From an uncultured Bacilli bacterium (lineage in GTDB: Bacteria; Bacillota_I; Bacilli_A; RFN20; CAG-826), in contig CALVHN010000004.1 of NCBI GenBank assembly GCA_944327845.1, forward strand, positions 22,836 to 86,835: 64,000 bases of DNA. Reading direction: 5' to 3'. Below the pieces are notes generated by a model, which did not search any database, was not told where the DNA came from, and was given only the letters and a program-made list of their open reading frames with translations. Made by a program: the position numbers and the translations under genes. Position 1 is the first letter of the stretch. Every line of letters begins with the position of its first letter. This document shows, in pieces, positions 57,618 through 64,000 of this stretch.

Positions 57618-59123
57618 TTAATTTACCTCCACGACATAGGAAAATTCTTTTCCGTTATTGAGTTTTTCATCTAAAAACCATGCAGAATGCGTTTTAATTG
57701 AAAAATTATCTCCTGGTTTAAATAAAGTTTTATCTTTAAAAATTCCACCATAAGATAAAGTATCTCTTCCATCAGATTCAATTAATCTTATTTCATCATA
57801 AAGATTATTTAAAATATCAAAATTAAAATAAATATTGTAATTATCTTGATCTCGACTGTTAGTAATTGGTGTAGCTAAACCATTATCTTCATTTAATTCT
57901 TGGTTAGTATAAGGAACAATAGTTTGAGAAACACTATCCATTAAATAAACTCTTTTATCAATGTGATAGATTTTAACTCCATCTTCAGTTGGTGCTTTAA
58001 CAAAATCATAAAGAGTAGTGGAATCTAAGTTATTTAATCCTTCATTGGTATAATATTCAATTAAAATATATTCATCAAAAGGATTAAATTTATTTGATAC
58101 TTCTTTATCATCAGGTAGTAAAACAATTAATGAATTTTCATTTACCACTGATTTTAAATCAATTTCAGCATTACCATAAACTAAATAAGGTTTAGTCCAA
58201 CCAAGTATCATCTTAGTATAAGAATTATGGTCGATAATATTTGCATCCATCATATCAACTTTACCAAGAGGAGAATAACTAGAACCATTAGCATCAGTAG
58301 AATAATAATCATTTAATCCTAAGAAATGTCCAGTTTCATGAATATAAGTATGCGAATCTAACTTATTTTCATATTTTCCATACATAAAGTCATATGATGC
58401 CCAACCATATAAATTAATAATTGGAGCATTAATATCGCCATCTCGATTATCTTGATTCATCCATCCTGTATAAGCCCAGTAATTATTATCATCAAGAATT
58501 AAACCACCATTTGTATAATTTGGTGAAGAATAAACTAACCAAACACCATCAATAAATCCATCTTTATCTGAATCATATCCAGTTAAAGTGGAAGTATTTC
58601 TTAAATTATCGATAGCTTTTTGGGCAATTTCTTGAGTAACACTAGAAGTTATTTGACCTGCTTTGGTATAGCCTAATTCTTTTTCTACATCAAACCATTC
58701 TGTGACATTGCCACTAATATTTAATTTATTAAAACTTGATTTTTGATAAAAAGTTTTAACTGATTCAAAACCAAGTTGTGTTTCGTCTTCTCCAAAAAAT
58801 GCTGTATATATATCTTGTCTAACTTTGTCGTTATCATTAACTCCATCATTATTTAAATCAATATTGTTAAATTCTGGAATTAAAACAGGAACTACTAAAA
58901 GATTGACATTACCAATTGATGGCATGACTTGTAAGTTATAGTATTGTTTTTCTTCAAAAGAATGTAAAGTTTCGGTCACTTCAACATTTTCAGGAGTATA
59001 AATAGTTGAATTAGCTATATTATTATTTGAGATTTTTACTTTAATTTGCTGAGCATTTGGTGCACAAGAAAATAAAGCAAATAGTGGTAAAGAAACTAAT
59101 ATTCCTAATTTATTTTTATTCAT
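57618..59123 (-). CDS. M6 (immune inhibitor A-like) zinc metalloprotease lipoprotein
   Basis: Lipobox LFS-C; PSIGNVNLLVVPV, SVKTFYQKSSF, YDSDKDGFIDG, HETGHFLGLNDYY and Met-turn DMMD. Confidence 0.9.
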   Translation of the reverse strand: MNKNKLGILVSLPLFALFSCAPNAQQIKVKISNNNIANSTIYTPENVEVTETLHSFEEKQYYNLQVMPSIGNVNLLVVPVLIPEFNNIDLNNDGVNDNDKVRQDIYTAFFGEDETQLGFESVKTFYQKSSFNKLNISGNVTEWFDVEKELGYTKAGQITSSVTQEIAQKAIDNLRNTSTLTGYDSDKDGFIDGVWLVYSSPNYTNGGLILDDNNYWAYTGWMNQDNRDGDINAPIINLYGWASYDFMYGKYENKLDSHTYIHETGHFLGLNDYYSTDANGSSYSPLGKVDMMDANIIDHNSYTKMILGWTKPYLVYGNAEIDLKSVVNENSLIVLLPDDKEVSNKFNPFDEYILIEYYTNEGLNNLDSTTLYDFVKAPTEDGVKIYHIDKRVYLMDSVSQTIVPYTNQELNEDNGLATPITNSRDQDNYNIYFNFDILNNLYDEIRLIESDGRDTLSYGGIFKDKTLFKPGDNFSIKTHSAWFLDEKLNNGKEFSYVVEVN

Positions 59124-60861
59124 TAATCACAGCCTCCTTAAGTGTATTAACTTTAATTTTAAATGGAAGATTTTGACCTTCATTAAATGAATAATTTCCA
59201 TTAAAGAATTGATATCCGAATTTTGTTATATCAAATGGTGCTGATTCTTCTGTCCATAAAGTTGAACTTGATGCAGGATAACCTAAATCAAAAGTATTTG
59301 TACCATTTGCTTCTAATAATCTAATTTGTTCAAGATAATCATATTCTTGTTCTAATTGGAAAGAACTACTTTCGATTCGACTATTTGAAATTGGCATTAA
59401 AATAGCTTCATCATTATTTAATCGACCATCTCCATCCCAACTTCTATCTAAATAAGTGAAAAGTTGTCCACCTTCATAATTTGTAATTTTTATTTTCATG
59501 ATTCTTGAATCAACGTGATAAATTCTTACACCAGTTGTTTCAATACAACTATCTCTTCCAGAAATTAATGTTCCGTATGTTTCTGTATCTTTTGTGTTAT
59601 TTCCAGTAGGAGCATATAAATCAATCATGATATATTCACTAAATGGATTAAACTGGTAATAAAAATTATTGATAGTTTCAGATTTATTTGCTGATTCAAT
59701 AGCTTGAGAAATTTCTTGATAATTTGCAGGAATTACTATGACACTATGATCATTAAATGTTGAATGAGGAAGTAAAATTTCACTTGAACCATAAACAATA
59801 TAAGGAGTAATCCAACCAAGTAACATTTTAGAATAGCTATCTAAATCACCAACATTTTGATCCATCATGGTTGATTTTCCAGTTGGAGAAAGACTACTTG
59901 GATTAGAAACATAATAATCATCAAGACCTAATAAATGTCCTGTTTCATGAATATAAGTATGGGAATCTAAACTAATATTCTCTAAATTATCTTCAATTAA
60001 AGGATTATTATTTAAATCATAGTCTGCATAACCTAAATACATTTGATCAAAACTTGCCCAAGAAAATCCACTAGTTGTTGGTTTATCAACATTTGGTACA
60101 GTATTCCAATCCCATGAAGTATAGTTCCAAAAAGCGGAGTTATATCGATCTAAATCATCACCTGCTACAGGAGTGTAATTATTTTTTTGATCTAAAGCAT
60201 ATTGAGTAAAGTAATTATAATGGTCATAAACTAACCAAACTCCATCAATTGAACCATCATTATTTTTATCATAATCTTTTAAATTTATATCGTATTTATT
60301 AACTGCCCAATCAACAGCTTTTCTAAAAATTTCATTAATGATAGTTCCACTTAAACCTTGAGTAATTTGAGAATTCTCTTTAACATTAGTATTTTCTCTA
60401 ACATCAAACCAATCAGTAACCATCCCTGTAAAATTTAATTTTGAAAAACTTGAGTCATAATAATATTCAGTTAATGATTTGTAGCCATTTTGTTCATCAT
60501 CATGACCAAAAAATGTTGTTTCTAAATCATCTTTAACTAGATTTCTTTCTTCATCAGTTAAACTTGAATTAGGAAGATGTACTGGAATAACAAGAAGATT
60601 AACATCTCCTATGGATGGACAAACATTTTCATTATTAGATAAAGTTCCACTTAAATCATTATATGTAAGTTTAATATTTACATTTCTTGGAGAAATATAA
60701 CGATTTTTTAAGTTAGTTTCAGAATCATTTTTATAGATTCTTATAGTTGCTGTTCCAGGATCTTCAGGTGTTAATATGTGTTGTTCATAATTTGTTTTTG
60801 ATGAACAAGCGGTTAAAGCTAGCAATGGTAAGAAGCTAATCCAAATTAATTTTCTTTTCAT
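59116..60861 (-). CDS. M6 (immune inhibitor A-like) zinc metalloprotease lipoprotein, paralogue
   Basis: Lipobox LTA-C; PSIGDVNLLVIPV, YDKNNDGSIDG, HETGHLLGLDDYY and TMMD; overlaps the next gene by 8 bp. Confidence 0.9.
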   Translation of the reverse strand: MKRKLIWISFLPLLALTACSSKTNYEQHILTPEDPGTATIRIYKNDSETNLKNRYISPRNVNIKLTYNDLSGTLSNNENVCPSIGDVNLLVIPVHLPNSSLTDEERNLVKDDLETTFFGHDDEQNGYKSLTEYYYDSSFSKLNFTGMVTDWFDVRENTNVKENSQITQGLSGTIINEIFRKAVDWAVNKYDINLKDYDKNNDGSIDGVWLVYDHYNYFTQYALDQKNNYTPVAGDDLDRYNSAFWNYTSWDWNTVPNVDKPTTSGFSWASFDQMYLGYADYDLNNNPLIEDNLENISLDSHTYIHETGHLLGLDDYYVSNPSSLSPTGKSTMMDQNVGDLDSYSKMLLGWITPYIVYGSSEILLPHSTFNDHSVIVIPANYQEISQAIESANKSETINNFYYQFNPFSEYIMIDLYAPTGNNTKDTETYGTLISGRDSCIETTGVRIYHVDSRIMKIKITNYEGGQLFTYLDRSWDGDGRLNNDEAILMPISNSRIESSSFQLEQEYDYLEQIRLLEANGTNTFDLGYPASSSTLWTEESAPFDITKFGYQFFNGNYSFNEGQNLPFKIKVNTLKEAVINE

Positions 60862-60881
60862 TTTCCCTCCTCATTAGTAAT

Positions 60882-60921
60882 AAAAAAGTTTAGAATTTCG
60901 GTAAAAACCTTTCTAAACTTT
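60882..60921 (-). terminator. terminator-like hairpin just upstream of the first M6 gene SD
   Basis: Minus strand AAAGTTTAGAA...TTCTAAACTTT plus T-run, then GAGGAGG; AT-rich stem with a large loop. Confidence 0.5.
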
Positions 60922-60938
60922 ATTATTTTTTTATTTTT

Positions 60939-63845
60939 TTAGTTATTTTCTGCAGGTGATATAGTGATAGTCAAATCATCTGTAACAGTAAATGTTTCAG
61001 ATTGATAATTACTTACGTTAGCTGCAGAATAAATAACTTCATCCCCTATTTCTATAGTTACATTAAAATTAATTGAAGTATAACTATAGACGATAAAGTA
61101 TACACTAGTATTCTCTAATATGCTATTACCAGATGAATAAGAATTGTAGGTTTGTTTATCATATAAAGTAGCAGAAGTTCCACTTACTTGATTATTTAAA
61201 GTATAAGTATAAGCAGTTAATAAGGAAACATTAATTGAGAAATCTCCACTAATTAAATAACTTTTAGTATACCTTTGATAAGTTACATTTCCTTCTAAAG
61301 TAATGCTTAATGTTTTACCATCAATTGGAGTTGATAAACTTCCACTAACACTAACCGTATCTCCTGGATAGAAGTTAATTTTTGAATAATCAGTTTCTTC
61401 ACTTACTACTCCATTAATGGTATAAGTTAATGAAAGATTAGAAGGATCAATTTCTTCTGAAATATTTTGAGTTACCTTAACTGGATTTAAATCTTCAAAG
61501 ACAATTCTAATAGATTTAACTTCTTCAGTAACTTGGAAATTGAAATTGTAATTAGTTTGAGAAATATTTGATGGGGTAATACTTTTTGTTTCATCATTTC
61601 CATTAACATATTCAAAGCGGACTGAAACTCCTTGAGCTAATTGAGTATTAAATGAAACATAATTACTTTCAATTAAAGTTACTTTTTGTCCTTCTTGATA
61701 AGTTGAATTCGAAACATAATTCGTACCATATGATAATGACCAATTATTAAATGCAGGATTTTCTTTGTTGCTACGATTATCGAGAATTAATAAGTCTGCT
61801 TCATATTTAGGTAAAGCTTCAACAATTGGGGTTAAAGTAACATTTTTTGCAGGCATAGTGAATGTTCCTCTAAAGATATTATTTGATACAGAGCCTGTAA
61901 TAACAATTTCTTCTCCATCGCTTGTTTCACATCTTACACCAGTAATTTTATATTCTTGATTAATTGCACGAGCTTCAACGTTAATAACACTTCCTGCTGT
62001 TACAAGAGATTTACCACCATAAGAAACTGTTGCAAGGTCATTATTTTCTTCAGATACAGAGATTGAATAGCCTTGAGCAGTAGTTAAAGTGATTTCTAAG
62101 TTAGATCCATCAACTGGCATCGTAAATTGATTAAAGTAAGTATAAGTTGAACCTTTATATTCTAATGTTCCTTCAACGTTATATTCTCCACTAGCAGTGG
62201 TTGCTTTTGAGAATAATAAGGATGAATCAGTAGTTTTTGCTAATAAATAGAATGTTGTACCAGGTTTAATTTGATCTGGTTGATATTGAGTTGCATATGC
62301 ATTAGCATAATTTAAAAGGACAAAATCAGTTGTATTAACATTATCTCCATTTAAAGAAACAACACCACAATCAGCTAAAGTGAAAGTGATAGTTATATCA
62401 CTATTTGGCATTACAAAATTAATACTTGTATCTGAAATATTAGCGCCGCTTACATTATTACCTTCACTATCAGTAACAGTAATTTCTTCAATGTATTTTG
62501 TTGGATCTTTTGGTGAGAAATTATAAATATTTACTTGTTCACCGACAATAGAAGTTGTTGGAAGTGTTGAATTAATATTTAACAAATCATCACCAACATA
62601 ACTAATATTTTTAACATCTTTAACTTCACCAGTTAAATTAATTGTTAAAGAATCGTGATTTTGATAAGAAGGATCATTTAAATATAAATTAAAATAACCA
62701 ATGTTTCCTGAAAAAATTAATTGATATTGACTTATAGTTAAAAGAGTATCTCCAGTAGTTGTATCAGTAATTGTTCCACCAGTAAAAACAAAACCTGGAT
62801 TTGTTTTAATAATTGTGAAATCTGCTGAATTAATATAGGAATCATTTTCACTATAACCATAAACTTCAATTCCTGAAGGTAATTCACCAAAAGTAAGATT
62901 CTTTGAATTTGTTGTCCCTTTATTAACTGTGCCACCATTTTGAGCAAGAATTAAAGTAGTATCGCTCTTTAACATATTGAAGGTATAAGTAATTACTCCT
63001 TCAACTAAATTTTCTTCGGTTGGATGGGACATTTTACCATTTACATAAATATAAAATTTATTTAAATCAGTTTCAGCAATTTGAGAATAAGTTGAAGTTA
63101 TTTCAACACTTATTTCGGTATTAAATGGAAGTTCAATTGTATCTGTAAGTTCTTGATCGTTAGCTAAAACTTCAACAGAATAGTTACTTCTTAAATAATT
63201 ATTTAAAGAAAAAGAATAGGTTTTTGCAAGGTAATTGATAGAAATAACATAGTTTTGTCCAGTTGTTTCAAAGGTATAACCTCCTTCAACATAATTAACT
63301 TCTTCTTCATTTATAGTTAAAGATTTTACTTCATAGCCTTCAAGTGGAGTTACAACAAGTTTAAACTTATCGCCTTTATTAAAGGTTAAATCCGTAGTTT
63401 CTGTTTCGTTATTATTTTCAATTTTAAATAAGGTATAAGACCCACATTCTTCATCGTTATTTATTGAAAAAGTATATGTTTTTTCAGTGTAATTTATAGT
63501 TATTGAATAATTTTGTTTAGCAACACTAAATTGATAACCTTCTTCATGATAAGCAACGCTTGTCCCATTAATGGTTAAGTTATTTACAAGATAATCTGCT
63601 TTAGGATTAACTACTAACTTTAAAGTTTCTCCTCCAAGAATTTTATTATCATTTTTAACTTCTTCTTTTCCGTCATTAATAGTGTATAAAGTATATTCAC
63701 CTTTTGTTTCATCATTAGTTATATTAACACTATAAGTAGTATCTTCTTTTTCTGGCGGAGTATTGTTATCACAAGAAGCTAATGATAAGGTTAAACCAAC
63801 TAAAACAAAGCTAGTTAGAGCAAAAAAATTGATTTTTTTCTTCAT
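60939..63845 (-). CDS. large lipoprotein with tandem InlB-B/Flg_new-like beta-sandwich repeats
   Basis: Lipobox LAS-C; repeated units LKLVVNPKADY/FKLVVTPLEGY, YHEEGYQF/YVEGGYTF, FVMPNSDITI/FTMPAKNVTL; SD GGAGG. Confidence 0.8.
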   Translation of the reverse strand: MKKKINFFALTSFVLVGLTLSLASCDNNTPPEKEDTTYSVNITNDETKGEYTLYTINDGKEEVKNDNKILGGETLKLVVNPKADYLVNNLTINGTSVAYHEEGYQFSVAKQNYSITINYTEKTYTFSINNDEECGSYTLFKIENNNETETTDLTFNKGDKFKLVVTPLEGYEVKSLTINEEEVNYVEGGYTFETTGQNYVISINYLAKTYSFSLNNYLRSNYSVEVLANDQELTDTIELPFNTEISVEITSTYSQIAETDLNKFYIYVNGKMSHPTEENLVEGVITYTFNMLKSDTTLILAQNGGTVNKGTTNSKNLTFGELPSGIEVYGYSENDSYINSADFTIIKTNPGFVFTGGTITDTTTGDTLLTISQYQLIFSGNIGYFNLYLNDPSYQNHDSLTINLTGEVKDVKNISYVGDDLLNINSTLPTTSIVGEQVNIYNFSPKDPTKYIEEITVTDSEGNNVSGANISDTSINFVMPNSDITITFTLADCGVVSLNGDNVNTTDFVLLNYANAYATQYQPDQIKPGTTFYLLAKTTDSSLLFSKATTASGEYNVEGTLEYKGSTYTYFNQFTMPVDGSNLEITLTTAQGYSISVSEENNDLATVSYGGKSLVTAGSVINVEARAINQEYKITGVRCETSDGEEIVITGSVSNNIFRGTFTMPAKNVTLTPIVEALPKYEADLLILDNRSNKENPAFNNWSLSYGTNYVSNSTYQEGQKVTLIESNYVSFNTQLAQGVSVRFEYVNGNDETKSITPSNISQTNYNFNFQVTEEVKSIRIVFEDLNPVKVTQNISEEIDPSNLSLTYTINGVVSEETDYSKINFYPGDTVSVSGSLSTPIDGKTLSITLEGNVTYQRYTKSYLISGDFSINVSLLTAYTYTLNNQVSGTSATLYDKQTYNSYSSGNSILENTSVYFIVYSYTSINFNVTIEIGDEVIYSAANVSNYQSETFTVTDDLTITISPAENN

Positions 63846-63861
63846 AAAAAACCTCCAAAAT

Positions 63862-63893
63862 AAAAAAAGTAAATTAACTTAATAATTTACTTT
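63862..63893 (-). terminator. terminator-like hairpin just upstream of the operon's first SD
   Basis: Minus strand AAAGTAAATTA-loop-TAATTTACTTT plus T-run, then GGAGG. Confidence 0.5.
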
Positions 63894-64000
63894 AAAATTC
63901 CATAGAAAAGACAATTATTAAAATAATTACTAGAACTAGTATTAAAATAAAATCCGACGTTGTTATCTAGTAAAAATTCAGTTTTCAAGTTAATATTTCC

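Overview
Very AT-rich chromosomal segment of a reduced-genome, fermentative low-GC Bacillota bacterium. By inference it resembles uncultivated gut Bacilli such as order RFN20; TGA is a stop codon, so it does not use mycoplasma code 4. The left half is mostly housekeeping: pcrA-ligA-gatCAB, prs, rex-adhE, lemA, cysS-mgtC-rlmB-sigH-like, and a P-type ATPase behind a yybP-ykoY Mn2+ riboswitch. Inserted among these are an orphan SIR2-like gene and a four-gene operon whose YwaF/TMEM164-like membrane domain (putative Cys/His acyltransferase) is fused to an ABC ATPase. The right half is accessory: a GH13 glucosidase, an ECF sigma/anti-sigma/lipoprotein module with a twice-repeated cognate promoter, three pseudogenes, a membrane-anchored GH3-GH5-lipoprotein-GH3 beta-glucan locus, and a 12.8-kb minus-strand operon of six lipoproteins including tandem M6 metalloproteases. 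Main signals: (1) an in-frame CGG at a strongly conserved Trp site, suggesting CGG Arg->Trp recoding; (2) the YwaF/TMEM164-ABC operon; (3) the ECF module and its promoter; (4) a non-canonical Rex-like operator pair; (5) the M6 lipoprotein operon; (6) a dispersed TTWGCAAGGHTTTT motif. No tRNA, rRNA, CRISPR array, transposase or prophage was seen. All family calls come from motif recognition by eye; no database searches were run.
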